A DNA stretch of 64,000 bases from a virus (Duplodnaviria; Caudoviricetes). Location: positions 26,522-90,521 of IMG/VR virus record IMGVR_UViG_2724679557_000005; one strand, written 5' to 3'. Below the pieces are notes generated by a model, which saw nothing but the letters and a program-made list of their open reading frames with translations, had not been told where the DNA came from and searched no databases. Numbering within the stretch: the stretch's first letter is position 1; every line of letters begins with the position of its first letter. This document shows positions 39,522 to 50,524 of this stretch, in pieces. The translations under genes and the position numbers were made by a program.

Positions 39522-40069
39522 TCACCTCTTCATCTTATTTCTTTTTGCATATTCTTTATTTCTTCTCTCTACTTCATCAGCTAGAGAATCATAATATTCA
39601 AAAAGCTCTATTAAAGTCATGTCATAACAATCTTTTCTTGAATTAGATGTTTCTATAGTAATTTGTGCTATGATGTTTTTTAAATATCTTTTACTTGGTC
39701 TCCACCCAAGTCTGATATAAAAAAATCTCTACCAATTGATCCTGCCCTCTTATAATCTACCGCTGAAAATCTTTCAACATCTAAGTAATCTATTCCTGCA
39801 GCTTGGGCAAACATATAACATCCTAATATAGGGTCCATTTCATAAGCTCCTGTTATCATATATCCATTTTTTCTAGCTGCCGCAAAGGCTGCATTAACAT
39901 TTTTACCAGTTAAAGATTCAAAATCATATTTTATTTTAGTTATCATTTCACCATCAATTAGTACTGGCTTTTTTAATTCCAAATAATTATCATTTAATGA
40001 TTTTTCAATAACCTCTACTCCATTTTTTTCTACAACTGCAATTTCATTTTTTTCTTTTAAATTTTCCAT
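39522..40069 (-). CDS. Tail assembly chaperone (39680-40069) with a predicted -1 frameshift extension to 39522
   Basis: Slippery T TTT TTT at 39719-39725; the -1 frame stays open (...CYDMTLIELFEYY...) to TGA 4 nt before the TMP start. Confidence 0.75.
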
Positions 40070-40142
40070 ATTATCAATTCCTCCTAAAGTAAAAACACCA
40101 AGATTAAATTTAATCCTGGTGTTTTTCTATATATTTATTAAA

Positions 40143-40652
40143 TTAAAGATTTTTTGTTATATCACTTATTTGATCTATTCCATTTATTTTATAAACATTA
40201 TTTAACTTATCTATATTCAGCATTTCTGCTCCATCAACTATTCTTCTATATGCTAATACTTCATATTCATAGCTTCCATCTTGAGCAGCTCCTCCAGCAA
40301 TTTTACCTTCAGCAAACTTTTTAAGTTTAACTTTCATAAATGCTTTATTAGCAACAGTAGATGTATTTCCAGTAGATGTATCTATACAATCACTTACCCA
40401 CCTTATTTCCAAATCACTATTTTTAAGCATTTCAACAGTTTTACTATTACTCGATCTAAATGCTACAGTAGTAGTCATAGAACCTATTTGACTTAATGTC
40501 GGTAAATCTATTTCGCCTAATATTCCTGCTCCTGATATAGTATCTGTTAAATACTCTATTTCTGGCAATTCCACCTCTGTTGTATCAGGAACTAACAATT
40601 TATTACTATACACATTATATGCTATAGTCTTATTTTGTAACTTATCACTCAT
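40143..40652 (-). CDS. Major tail tube protein
   Basis: VELPEI...ISGAGILGEID..P, IDKLN...ING.D motifs. Confidence 0.88.
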   Translation of the reverse strand: MSDKLQNKTIAYNVYSNKLLVPDTTEVELPEIEYLTDTISGAGILGEIDLPTLSQIGSMTTTVAFRSSNSKTVEMLKNSDLEIRWVSDCIDTSTGNTSTVANKAFMKVKLKKFAEGKIAGGAAQDGSYEYEVLAYRRIVDGAEMLNIDKLNNVYKINGIDQISDITKNL

Positions 40653-40655
40653 ATA

Positions 40656-42101
40656 CTACTCCTCCTTATCTTGATCTGAATAGGCTTCTGTTATTCCTTT
40701 AGATGTGTACTGTACTTTTTGAGTTATAGATTTACCTATAGGAGTATTTGTAACTAATGTATTAAAAGTAAAATCACCATTAATCATATCTGATACTGGA
40801 TTATTTTCTGATTTAAATTCTATTTTTCCATAAAGTAAGCGACCTGAGCTAACATGAGAATCTAAAATCATTTGTTCACTATTAATTAAAGAATCTACAT
40901 CATGTCTTGTCATTGCATTATCCACAATTCCAGTATTTCTTAATTGAAAGTCATTTAATAAATATTTATTCATAAACACATTAGTATCAAAAATCTCATC
41001 TGGCTTAGATGTTACTCCATCCTCATAATTTGCCATATGTGGACCCCATAAAACATATCTGCCACCATTATATATAGCTGTAGTTATTCCTGATGCATTG
41101 AGTTCATTTGCTCTATTTTGACTAAACTTAATAATAGATTCCTTTGCAATTATTCCCGTTATATCAATTTGTTTATTACTAGGAGTCTGATAAGGTATAT
41201 TATTATATTTAACATCTGTTTGCATTTTAGCTACAATTGCTAAAATAGATAAATATATCTCTTTGCCACCCATAACACCCTTTGGCCAAAATAATTTTTC
41301 TTCATTTGAATTATAACCATTAGTTTTTTTCCACTTTATAGCTTCATCTATATTAGATATTGATTTTGAATCAATATCAGTAAAAGCTGTTGCTTCCCAT
41401 TTATCAGATATTTGTTTAGTAGATGAAACTAAAGCTTGTCTTACTTTCGAATTTTCATTGAAACCAGGTGCAGTAATTATAGTAGGAACTACATTTAAAT
41501 CTTCATAAACATCTTCAATAGCCATAATTCCTGTCCTTGACTCTGTTTTTTCATCATACGTTCCTATTATGTCACTTTCTACAATGGCACTTGTATCTAT
41601 TACCTTATAAGTTATAGAAAGTATATCAGGAACCTCTTTCTCACTTAAAAATATTATCTTCAAATATCCTTCATGAGTGTATTCTAGTTCATAATCTATA
41701 CCTAATTCATAATCAGAAATGGATATTGATTCAAATAATACATGTTCTTTTATTATTCCAACTTTATTAATAATATTTATTTCTTCAGTTTTACTACTAG
41801 CCTTAGATGTATCTAATACGTTGATAATAACAATAGGTCCTATTGGTTGTATAGAATTTTGAAAATGTGCATATATTGCAGCACTTAGTGTAAATTCTCC
41901 AAAATTATCACTTGAAGAATAGCCTGTTTTTCTAATAGCCTCTAGTAATGTTTTAATTAAAATAGGTTTATTTATATTTCTATTATTTTTTTCAATTCTA
42001 TGCATAGGAACTGTACCTATATATACAGGTATATTTTTAGCACTTGTTATATCTTCTGTACTTGATACTCTTGCACCATACAAACCATGTTTATATGACA
42101 T
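40656..42101 (-). CDS. Tail sheath protein
   Basis: YKHG start, YIGT.P, APGF, PSNK, ANELNASGITT, LWG motifs. Confidence 0.9.
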   Translation of the reverse strand: MSYKHGLYGARVSSTEDITSAKNIPVYIGTVPMHRIEKNNRNINKPILIKTLLEAIRKTGYSSSDNFGEFTLSAAIYAHFQNSIQPIGPIVIINVLDTSKASSKTEEINIINKVGIIKEHVLFESISISDYELGIDYELEYTHEGYLKIIFLSEKEVPDILSITYKVIDTSAIVESDIIGTYDEKTESRTGIMAIEDVYEDLNVVPTIITAPGFNENSKVRQALVSSTKQISDKWEATAFTDIDSKSISNIDEAIKWKKTNGYNSNEEKLFWPKGVMGGKEIYLSILAIVAKMQTDVKYNNIPYQTPSNKQIDITGIIAKESIIKFSQNRANELNASGITTAIYNGGRYVLWGPHMANYEDGVTSKPDEIFDTNVFMNKYLLNDFQLRNTGIVDNAMTRHDVDSLINSEQMILDSHVSSGRLLYGKIEFKSENNPVSDMINGDFTFNTLVTNTPIGKSITQKVQYTSKGITEAYSDQDKEE

Positions 42102-42115
42102 TTAAACACCACCTT

Positions 42116-42655
42116 TTATAAATATCTTTCGTATCCATTTTTAATTTCAAAGTCAAATGGAGCAATAGACACATTAAAGCTAACATCTGCACTCCAGTAA
42201 GGATAGCTTTGCTCTTTGTCCATGCTCCATCGAATTGGTTTGTTTACATTAACCTTTTTTAATATAATTGGATTTTTAGATAATTCCATTCTTATTCTAG
42301 TAATAACATTAAGTAAATCAACATATCCTTCTACATTAGGAGATAATGTTTTATCTTCCTTAACTTTGCCAGGATCATATGTTATTACTTTTAATCTTAT
42401 TGCTATTTCAGCATTTTCACTATCATCAATTCCCTCATCTAACATAACTATAATTCCTGGAATATCATATCCATATTCCTCTAAGTAATTTTTAGGAGGA
42501 ACCCACCCTTTATATATAGCTAGATTAACTAGTTCATAATCCCCTAATATTTTATTATTTACTGGAGGCTTTTTTAATTGAAAATGCTTTGATATATTTT
42601 CTTTTAAAAATTCTACTAAAGCATTTAATATTTCTACATCATTAATAATAATCAC
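42116..42655 (-). CDS. Tail completion/terminator-like protein
   Basis: Position between gpZ-like gene and sheath; EQSYPYW motif. Confidence 0.55.
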   Translation of the reverse strand: MIIINDVEILNALVEFLKENISKHFQLKKPPVNNKILGDYELVNLAIYKGWVPPKNYLEEYGYDIPGIIVMLDEGIDDSENAEIAIRLKVITYDPGKVKEDKTLSPNVEGYVDLLNVITRIRMELSKNPIILKKVNVNKPIRWSMDKEQSYPYWSADVSFNVSIAPFDFEIKNGYERYL

Positions 42656-43224
42656 CCTTTCATTTTTTTTAGAAGTCTATACTCAACCTCATGCTCTAAT
42701 CTCTTCTGTAATTGTTTATTAGCTTCATCGATTATTACATCACTAACTTTAGTATTACTAATCATTTGAGGGATAGATAATGTTTTAAGTACCTTTATTG
42801 GATACCTAGATTTCCCTTCTCTTTTTACAATATGATTATTTCCATTTAAGTTAGCTATAAAAGCTTTTGGAGCTGTGTTAATAGGTTCTGTTCCTGCTTT
42901 TTTAACCTTTACTTTAATTTTCTTTCCTTTTTTCCAACTACCAGCACTTCTTGAAAATCTACCTAATGTTAATCTATTTCCATCACTTATTATTTCGCCA
43001 GAAAGTTTACAGGGATTTGATTTTTTTATTTTAATAGTACTTTGTATTTCACCAGCTTTAATATTATAGGTTTTTCTGACTTCTTGCTTTAATTTCTTAT
43101 TAGAAAAAGTCAATGTTCTATTAATAGCTGCACTTGATGCTTTATTTATTTCTTTTGGAAATGTACTTAATTTATTTAAAGTTTTTTTCATTTTTTTACT
43201 GTCAATCTTAATGCTTACAGCCAT
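42652..43224 (-). CDS. Minor tail protein Z-like
   Basis: AINRT, RYPIKVL..LSIPQM motifs; basic composition. Confidence 0.75.
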   Translation of the reverse strand: MAVSIKIDSKKMKKTLNKLSTFPKEINKASSAAINRTLTFSNKKLKQEVRKTYNIKAGEIQSTIKIKKSNPCKLSGEIISDGNRLTLGRFSRSAGSWKKGKKIKVKVKKAGTEPINTAPKAFIANLNGNNHIVKREGKSRYPIKVLKTLSIPQMISNTKVSDVIIDEANKQLQKRLEHEVEYRLLKKMKG

Positions 43225-43535
43225 TAGTTAATATTCGATTGAAGTATTACTTCATACACTCCATTATCCAATTTAACATCAAATACATTGTAGGCTACTC
43301 CATCAAAATACTGTAATTCATTTGTTTTAAGTTCTCCAATATCGTCTGCTTTAACATAATATAATAAATCAGCTTGTAGTATACCATCATACTCTTTCTT
43401 ATTTCTGTCCTTAAGAGTCTCATTATCTATAACAACATTAAAAACCTTTCTATCTATAATGTGCTCTTCTCCAAATTCATCAATATTAAAGAAAATATTA
43501 TTTAAGTCTTCTTGTATTTGCTCTTTAAAATTCAT
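43224..43535 (-). CDS. Head-tail joining protein
   Basis: FKEQIQEDL..IFFN.DEF.E.H; follows the capsid gene. Confidence 0.65.
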   Translation of the reverse strand: MNFKEQIQEDLNNIFFNIDEFGEEHIIDRKVFNVVIDNETLKDRNKKEYDGILQADLLYYVKADDIGELKTNELQYFDGVAYNVFDVKLDNGVYEVILQSNIN

Positions 43536-43577
43536 AATTTCACCTCAAAAAACTAAGAATAATAATCTATTCTTAGT

Positions 43578-44618
43578 TTATAATACTGTTGCAACCAACC
43601 AGCTATCTGCATCTTTTGGTGCTGGCAAAGGTCTAGATGTTAATCTTAATTTATCAATTTCATTTTTATCATCAGACATATACTTTGGTACTCTTATTCC
43701 TTCATAGGTAGACCATGCACCATTTTCTTTTTGTGTAACAGCTCCATAATATCTTTTTCCCATTCCAGTAGAGCCCATTAATACTTTTCCTGATGGAATT
43801 ATAGGAGTGTCCTTCTCTTTTTCATCTAAATAGTACTCTGTATAAGAATATAATTCTAATCCTAATCCAGGAAGTTTACCTATAAATGTAACCCCTTGAC
43901 CTTTATAACTAGGCTCTATTGCTCCTATATTTAATCTTTGTATATCTAGCATTTTTTGAATATCTGGAGATTCAATAAATGCATCAACTACATCATCTGC
44001 TAAAATACATATATTAGGTGTCATTCCTGATGATTTAATAATTGATTTTCTCCATTTTTCTAAGTCTTTATATGGATTTACTTTTGTATTATCTGCTTTT
44101 AAATAATTTTCCATAGTCCATTTTTCAGCTGATTTTAATGTTATTAAATTAGTAAAGTTATAGTCAACTTTATATTCTGCCCCATCAACTTCAATATCAA
44201 GAGATCCTTCTGTTAATATTTTAGAACACATCCACTCTTCTCGTCTTGTGATAGCTTCATCTAATTCAACTAAATCATTAGCAAGCATTATCCTAGCTCT
44301 TTCATCTGGAGTTCTAGTACTATAAACATTTTCCCCCATAGTTCTTTTATTAATATCATCAATTGTTATTACTCTCTCAGGCGCTATTTTGGGAGTAGTA
44401 ATTGTATCAGTATTAAATCCATCTCTATCTAATATTATTCCACCAACTCTTGGTGCAACAAATGGAGCTAATTTTCTTTTACCTTTTTTAACATCTACTT
44501 CTGCCTTTTCAGTTAATAATGTTTCTATTTCAGAGAAAAAGGTATCTCTTAAAAAAGTAAATACTGGTTTCTTTTGTTCTATTGCTTGTAACATTGTTTT
44601 AGTATCATAAAGTCCCAT
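43578..44618 (-). CDS. Major capsid protein (lambda gpE family)
   Basis: FLRDTFF, LAPFV.P, ITRREEWM, SRPLP motifs. Confidence 0.9.
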   Translation of the reverse strand: MGLYDTKTMLQAIEQKKPVFTFLRDTFFSEIETLLTEKAEVDVKKGKRKLAPFVAPRVGGIILDRDGFNTDTITTPKIAPERVITIDDINKRTMGENVYSTRTPDERARIMLANDLVELDEAITRREEWMCSKILTEGSLDIEVDGAEYKVDYNFTNLITLKSAEKWTMENYLKADNTKVNPYKDLEKWRKSIIKSSGMTPNICILADDVVDAFIESPDIQKMLDIQRLNIGAIEPSYKGQGVTFIGKLPGLGLELYSYTEYYLDEKEKDTPIIPSGKVLMGSTGMGKRYYGAVTQKENGAWSTYEGIRVPKYMSDDKNEIDKLRLTSRPLPAPKDADSWLVATVL

Positions 44619-44630
44619 TAATAAATCCTC

Positions 44631-44987
44631 CTATTTAACAAATATTCCTAATATTCTTAATTTATTTTTATAAGTTTCTATATTATCTGAATCTCCAACA
44701 ATAAGTGATGATCCATTAAAATATCCGCTTATATATCCTGTTGCTTTAACATTAGCATTAGTTGCATCAACATCATCTGTTAAAATACATTCTGGATTTT
44801 CACTACCATCAGACACACTAGAATCAACTTTCTTAGCTAATTTACTTTCAGTAACTACACCAATAACTGTTCCTCTCTTAAGTTTTTGACCAGATGCTAT
44901 TGTAATGCCCTCTACCAAAACAGGTATATCATTTCCAGCAAACAAATTATCAGGAATAAACTCACCTTCTTTTTTAAACAAATCCAT
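44631..44987 (-). CDS. Head decoration protein (lambda gpD-like)
   Basis: LKRGTVIG...DGSE.P.CIL; upstream of the capsid gene. Confidence 0.8.
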   Translation of the reverse strand: MDLFKKEGEFIPDNLFAGNDIPVLVEGITIASGQKLKRGTVIGVVTESKLAKKVDSSVSDGSENPECILTDDVDATNANVKATGYISGYFNGSSLIVGDSDNIETYKNKLRILGIFVK

Positions 44988-46096
44988 TAATCTCTACCTC
45001 CATTCATATATTTTGCCATAAATTCTGCAGCTTCTTTATCTTTAGATTGTGAAGTTTTATTTTCAGGGTCCTTAACTGCAGGGATATTATTAACATTTGA
45101 ATTATCTGCATCATCTTTTAATGATTGCAAATAGTCATTCCCCTTATTTTTTTGAGATTGAATAATTGCTAAAGCAACCTTTTCTGCAGAATCTCCAGTT
45201 TCAAATTTAGCTTTATTTATAATATCTTCATTGCCTGGAATAGCTAAATCTTCTATTGACTTAATCCTTTCTCTTTCATTTTTAATAGCTTCATTTACAA
45301 TTTGATCATAAACATCTTTATGTTCATTTTTTATAGTGTTTATATCCATTTTATTTGCCTCCTGTTTCATATTATTTTTATTATCATCTATAGTTGAATC
45401 ACTATTTACAACTATAGGTTGATTCATGGTAGATTCTTTAAATATATTTTCTACATTTTCTATAAGCTTTTTCTTAAGTTCATCCACATTAGTACATTTT
45501 TCTAATTCATCTAATAGTGCATCATCTGAAATAGCATTATATATCATTGGTGTTGGATTTAAATTAACTTTATTTTCTTCAAACATTATCCCATCTATAA
45601 GACCAAGCTCTTTACATTGTTCTGATGATAACCAGGTTTCATTTTCCATAAGATCTCTTATTTCTTTTTCACTTTTTCCAGATTTAAGTGTATAAGCTTT
45701 AGCTATTGTGGAATCAGTTATTTGAAGCATATTGCTTGTACTATCCATATTTTGATGTGGTCCTTCAGCATATGTTGATGCATTATGAATCATCATTTCA
45801 GCTAAAGGAGACATAAGACATTTGCCTGCCATGCATATAAATGATGCTGCACTTGCTGCTAATCCAATTACCTTAAATGTGACATTTCCCTTATATTCTC
45901 TTATCAAATTGTATATTTCATAACCATCATATACACTTCCACCACCGCTATTTACATAAATTTCAACATCATCTCCATTGGCATTTTCTAATGATGATGA
46001 TATATCTTTTGCAGATGTAGCTGGAATGCCTAAAAAGTTATAAATCCACTTATTGCTTTGTGGTATTATTCTTCCCTTAATATCAATCTTCTTCAT
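44987..46096 (-). CDS. ClpP-type prohead protease / scaffold
   Basis: VNSGGGSV, AASAAS, MMIHN, ETWL motifs; scaffold-like C-terminus. Confidence 0.88.
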   Translation of the reverse strand: MKKIDIKGRIIPQSNKWIYNFLGIPATSAKDISSSLENANGDDVEIYVNSGGGSVYDGYEIYNLIREYKGNVTFKVIGLAASAASFICMAGKCLMSPLAEMMIHNASTYAEGPHQNMDSTSNMLQITDSTIAKAYTLKSGKSEKEIRDLMENETWLSSEQCKELGLIDGIMFEENKVNLNPTPMIYNAISDDALLDELEKCTNVDELKKKLIENVENIFKESTMNQPIVVNSDSTIDDNKNNMKQEANKMDINTIKNEHKDVYDQIVNEAIKNERERIKSIEDLAIPGNEDIINKAKFETGDSAEKVALAIIQSQKNKGNDYLQSLKDDADNSNVNNIPAVKDPENKTSQSKDKEAAEFMAKYMNGGRD

Positions 46097-47648
46097 CTTT
46101 TTCCTTCTCCTTTCCAACATTCACTATACTATTACTATTTTGGAGTATCTCCTGTCTCATTTTTTCTTCCTTTACTCTTTGTCTATGATATTCATTAAAA
46201 TTACCACCAGTTAATTCAGCAGTTTCTTTTGCTCGTGTTGAAAATCCATTTTCCACTCTTATTACAGCAGCATTTGCTTCTTTAACTGGATCTAGTTGAC
46301 CTTGACTTGGGCCATTCCATTCAGCTTTACAATAAGCTTTTCTTACTATTTGAGAATCAAAAAAACCAGGGGCATATATTCTTCCCTTGGCTACAGCTTC
46401 GCACATCCATTCCTCATATATAGGTTGACAAAAATCATTTGCTAACCATTGTCTTCTCATTTTAAACATTTTCCAAGCCTCTAATAACGCTGCTCTACTA
46501 GCTGAATATGATGCATTAAATTGCTTTAGCAATAAATCATGTGGTATTTCTAATGCAGTTCCAATTTGTTTACAAATTGCTGATACAAACCCCTCAAATG
46601 CTGTGTTGGGTCTTCCTGGATTTACTTCTTTTACAGATTGACCTTCACCCAATTCTAATATAGATCCATTACCTAATTCATATGTTGAATCATCAGTTTC
46701 ATCTATTTGATCTTCTATAGGAATAGACTCTCCAAATGCTGGAGCATCATTGGTATTTTTATTTTCTATAAATACTGTAAACATTCCAGATACAACTGCA
46801 GCCATAAGTTCTGCATCTGTATATCTCCCTAATTGCTTAAGACTTTCAATAACAGGAGCTAAAATTGGTACACCTCTTCTTTGTCCTATTCTTTCACTTT
46901 CCATGATATGCAATACATTTCTTCTTCCAGTTGTAGCTCCAAAAGCCTCAACTCTTTCCCATTCTCTATTTTTATAATTTTTTAAAGAGAGAGGATGAAA
47001 TTTTGCTATATGATATGCAACTACTTCTCCAGAATCATCGCATTCAACTCCACCACTAATGTTTTTACTTAATTTATAGTATGGATCACATACTCTATCA
47101 GCTTCAATTAACTGAATTCTTAAATCATATACTGAACCAACTCTCTCTTTATATGGTAATAAAGCAATTGTATCACCACACATAAGGCTACTTAAAAATG
47201 CAAGTTGCTGTAATTCATAAAAATCATTTAATCTAAACATATCGCAATTAACGCTTTCGGCCCATAATGAGAATTCTCTCTCTATTGTCGCTTCTAATTT
47301 ATCAGCATCATCTTCATCTAGTCCTAAAAATAAATAATCTATATTAGATTTTAATTTTAATCCTGGACCAACAACATTAGTTCTTAATGTTTTTAATGCT
47401 CCTGTTGCAATTGGAGCACCCATATATAAATCTCTTGATCTTTCTCTTAGTACTTGAACATTTTCTTCTATGTCATCTTCAGGACTACCACCATTATAAT
47501 TCCAACCTTTTAAACTTTTTTTATATCTACTTCCTCCATAATGTGAATATCCACTATTGCTTATTAATCCAAGTTGTCTTCTAGCTATTTCTCTTTTTAA
47601 AGCTCTTTGTGGTGATATTATGTTTATTGCTTTATCAAATATATTCAA
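46083..47648 (-). CDS. Portal protein, lambda family
   Basis: LRERSRDL, GQRRGVP, SYSASRAAL, DPVKE motifs. Confidence 0.92.
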   Translation of the reverse strand: MNIFDKAINIISPQRALKREIARRQLGLISNSGYSHYGGSRYKKSLKGWNYNGGSPEDDIEENVQVLRERSRDLYMGAPIATGALKTLRTNVVGPGLKLKSNIDYLFLGLDEDDADKLEATIEREFSLWAESVNCDMFRLNDFYELQQLAFLSSLMCGDTIALLPYKERVGSVYDLRIQLIEADRVCDPYYKLSKNISGGVECDDSGEVVAYHIAKFHPLSLKNYKNREWERVEAFGATTGRRNVLHIMESERIGQRRGVPILAPVIESLKQLGRYTDAELMAAVVSGMFTVFIENKNTNDAPAFGESIPIEDQIDETDDSTYELGNGSILELGEGQSVKEVNPGRPNTAFEGFVSAICKQIGTALEIPHDLLLKQFNASYSASRAALLEAWKMFKMRRQWLANDFCQPIYEEWMCEAVAKGRIYAPGFFDSQIVRKAYCKAEWNGPSQGQLDPVKEANAAVIRVENGFSTRAKETAELTGGNFNEYHRQRVKEEKMRQEILQNSNSIVNVGKEKEKDEED

Positions 47649-47663
47649 ATATACTCACATCCT

Positions 47664-47897
47664 TTAAAGATCTCTTGGTATTACTCTTCTCACCCTAGCT
47701 ATTCCTTTATTATTTTCAATGTTTTTTGCTTCTGATAACTTTTTATTCCAATAATCTATAGTATTTCTTATTTCTGATAAACTAGCTCTTGTAAGAGTTC
47801 TAGTTCCCATACTATAGCTTTGACCATTTATCACTGCTAATTCGGCTTCAAGCCATAAATCTAAATGTCTTTCACATATTTCTATTGGTAATGCCAT
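47664..47897 (-). CDS. gpW-like head completion protein
   Basis: WLEAE..V..GQSY..G.R.LTRA; between terminase and portal. Confidence 0.7.
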   Translation of the reverse strand: MALPIEICERHLDLWLEAELAVINGQSYSMGTRTLTRASLSEIRNTIDYWNKKLSEAKNIENNKGIARVRRVIPRDL

Positions 47898-47909
47898 TTT
47901 AACGCTCCT

Positions 47910-49742
47910 TTATAATCCTTTTGATATTACTTTACCTTTTTTTCTTTTATTTATTGGTGATTGTTGAATGAATATATTTCCATTAATATTACGTTTTTTC
48001 ATTTCCTCTAAATTGGGGTTTAATATTTCAAAAGCAGCATTTGCATAATTTCTTAAGTCAAGAGGTTCATTTCTAATTCCACTTTTTTTCTTAACCCACT
48101 CATAAGTTTTAATACCTTTTTTTATTCTTAAAACTCTTTTTTCTGAAGTTAAACCTTCAAAGTATTCATCATTATATCCAGCTTCATCATCCAATGGGAA
48201 ATGACAATAGCCTGGACAATTCTCTAAATTCTCACTATTTTTTATTTTAAGTCTTGATAATATATTTTCCTTTCCAGTATCTACTCCTATAGGAAATAAC
48301 GCAGCTCTAACTCTATTATTTCTACTTGGTTTACCTATAAATGGTTTTCCATAACCTCCAATTCCCTTTATCGCAAATATACGTCTATGTTCTCTTTCTT
48401 TACAAAAGTAATATACATCATCCGTATGATGTCCCCCTGAGTCTATACATACTGCTGATATAACTATACCTTCACCATCTGCATACCAAAAAGTTTGTTG
48501 TAAATATTGATCTAATTGATTCCATACAGCCTTTTGACCTGGATCTCCATAAAATACTTTATATTCTATTCCCCAGCTTTCTTTACCAATCCCCCATCCT
48601 TCTACTTCAATTTCTAATCTATCATCCTGAACATCAACTCCAGCTGTAAGAACTATAACATTACTAGGAACTTGAGATATATAATATTCTCTCCTATTTT
48701 TTACTTCATCTTCTTCAGCTCCATCACCTTCATCATCTTCCCATGTTTCTCCTAAAGTTGTATTTACCCAAGTTTTTAATGTTTCAGGATTACCTTTTGC
48801 TTTTTTAAAATCCTCTATTATATCTTCCCAACGTTCCCATGGTGATGCTAACGCATTTAAATGAAAACCTCTCTTTTTAATTTTTTCAGGATATTCAGCA
48901 ATCCATTTTCCATTTCCAGCCTTCCATTCAAATTCATTACTTCTAGCTTTACAGTATTTACACTCATGAGTTATGTCTTCAAATTTTATTTGTGACCATG
49001 ATAGTGGCTGAAGTTTTCCACATTTAGGACATGGTAAGCACCATTCTTCTTTTGAACTATCCTCGTATTCACTATCAATCTTTGAAATACCTTTTTCAGT
49101 TGGAGTAGAAACATAACATTTCTTTTTATTCCAAAATGTTTTTGTTCTTTTTTCTGCTAATGAAAGAGGATCTCCTTCTATTCCAGCAGTTTTGGGAAAT
49201 CTATCTACTTCATCTGCTAACAATATTCTTATTGGTCTTGAAGATAATCCAGTAGGACTATTAGCACCAGTCATTGCTATATATCCTCCAGGGAAACCTT
49301 TTTCTAATAAAGTGTTATCAGAATCTCTTGATTTTGCATCTTTGACCTTTTCTCTAAGTGTAGGTGTATCTCTTATCATAGGTGCAAGTCTTTTTTTTGA
49401 ATAAGATTGTGATAAATCTAGTGTTGGCATTAACAGCATAATTGGAGAGGGATCATAGTCTATAAAATATCCTATTATGTTATTTATTAATTCAGTTTTT
49501 CCTACTTGTGCACTACTTTTAACAACAATAGTTTCAGTTTCTTTATTACTTAATGAGTCCATTATTTCTTTTTGATATGGTGCTCTTGAAGTTTTCCACT
49601 GTCCTGCTTCTGATGAACTCTCTTTTGATAATTTTCTATATTTATCTGCCCATTCAGATACAGTTAACTTAGGCGGTGGTTCTAGTATTTTTACAATATT
49701 CTTAAATAAATCTATTGTTTTTTTAGTTATTTTCTTTTTCAT
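47910..49742 (-). CDS. Terminase large subunit (lambda GpA family)
   Basis: VSEWAD, SAQVGKTE, DEVD, STPT, GVDVQ, DSGG, RNEPLD motifs. Confidence 0.95.
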   Translation of the reverse strand: MKKKITKKTIDLFKNIVKILEPPPKLTVSEWADKYRKLSKESSSEAGQWKTSRAPYQKEIMDSLSNKETETIVVKSSAQVGKTELINNIIGYFIDYDPSPIMLLMPTLDLSQSYSKKRLAPMIRDTPTLREKVKDAKSRDSDNTLLEKGFPGGYIAMTGANSPTGLSSRPIRILLADEVDRFPKTAGIEGDPLSLAEKRTKTFWNKKKCYVSTPTEKGISKIDSEYEDSSKEEWCLPCPKCGKLQPLSWSQIKFEDITHECKYCKARSNEFEWKAGNGKWIAEYPEKIKKRGFHLNALASPWERWEDIIEDFKKAKGNPETLKTWVNTTLGETWEDDEGDGAEEDEVKNRREYYISQVPSNVIVLTAGVDVQDDRLEIEVEGWGIGKESWGIEYKVFYGDPGQKAVWNQLDQYLQQTFWYADGEGIVISAVCIDSGGHHTDDVYYFCKEREHRRIFAIKGIGGYGKPFIGKPSRNNRVRAALFPIGVDTGKENILSRLKIKNSENLENCPGYCHFPLDDEAGYNDEYFEGLTSEKRVLRIKKGIKTYEWVKKKSGIRNEPLDLRNYANAAFEILNPNLEEMKKRNINGNIFIQQSPINKRKKGKVISKGL

Positions 49743-50283
49743 CTATATCATCAATTTCAACATAGTCCTCATTATAAAATTCTTTGGGATTATAATTGCT
49801 TAATTCATGTAATAATTCTAAAACCTCTGTCTGTAGCACATCTTGTATATCTGCTATGGACTTCATTGTTAAACTTGGTGCAGCTCTTGAAGGTAACGCT
49901 AATACTTTAGACTTAAAATTTGAAAGCATATCATTCATTACTCTTTCAACATCATTCGAAAAATGCATGGTTCCACGCATAGCAGCTAATTCAAGTTCTG
50001 TTTTCTCTCTTTTAGCTTTTTCTAATAAAGCGTGTTCTTGATCATAATCAACTTTATTTCCTTCAACTTTATTTTCTTTTAAATCTACTGTTGTTTTTAA
50101 AAAAGTAATATAACTCTTTATATTTTCTTGTAATGAATACTTTCCTCTGGCAATCTTTTTTATGACTCCTTCATTTTCAAGTTGTCTTATTCTTCTAGGA
50201 GTTAATCCAAACAGTTTAGCTAAAACTGTACTTGAAACTGTTACTTGATCAACAGAATCAATTTTTTTTAGTTCATTGCTCAT
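49723..50283 (-). CDS. Terminase small subunit (Nu1-like)
   Basis: HTH LAKLFGLTPRRIRQL; directly upstream of terL. Confidence 0.85.
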   Translation of the reverse strand: MSNELKKIDSVDQVTVSSTVLAKLFGLTPRRIRQLENEGVIKKIARGKYSLQENIKSYITFLKTTVDLKENKVEGNKVDYDQEHALLEKAKREKTELELAAMRGTMHFSNDVERVMNDMLSNFKSKVLALPSRAAPSLTMKSIADIQDVLQTEVLELLHELSNYNPKEFYNEDYVEIDDIDEKENN

Positions 50284-50424
50284 AATAAACCTCCTTTCCT
50301 ATCTAAAATTTCCGCTTTTTTATGTTAATTTATTATGATTTTTTAACAATACTAATATTAGTAATTTTTTTATTGCATCTATAAAATTTTCGGAAACGGA
50401 AACACTCAAAAAATTTTATTTATA

Positions 50425-50485
50425 ACTAGACGAGTTTTGGGCATCGCTAGACCCTCTAAACATTAAATATTCCCACAGTACCTTT
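50425..50485 (-). other. Candidate cos region
   Basis: GC-rich island upstream of terS; minus strand AGGTACT (cosQ-like) then GGGTCTAGCGATGCCC. Confidence 0.45.
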
Positions 50486-50524
50486 TTATAAAAGTAAGTT
50501 TTTGTATATAATATTTTTTATAAA

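Noticed and set aside
25356-50041. Plus-strand ORFs in the track overlapping phage genes (e.g. 25356, 26272, 30816, 37344, 38121, 49796)
   Set aside because: Antisense shadows of well-supported minus-strand genes, without RBS or motifs.
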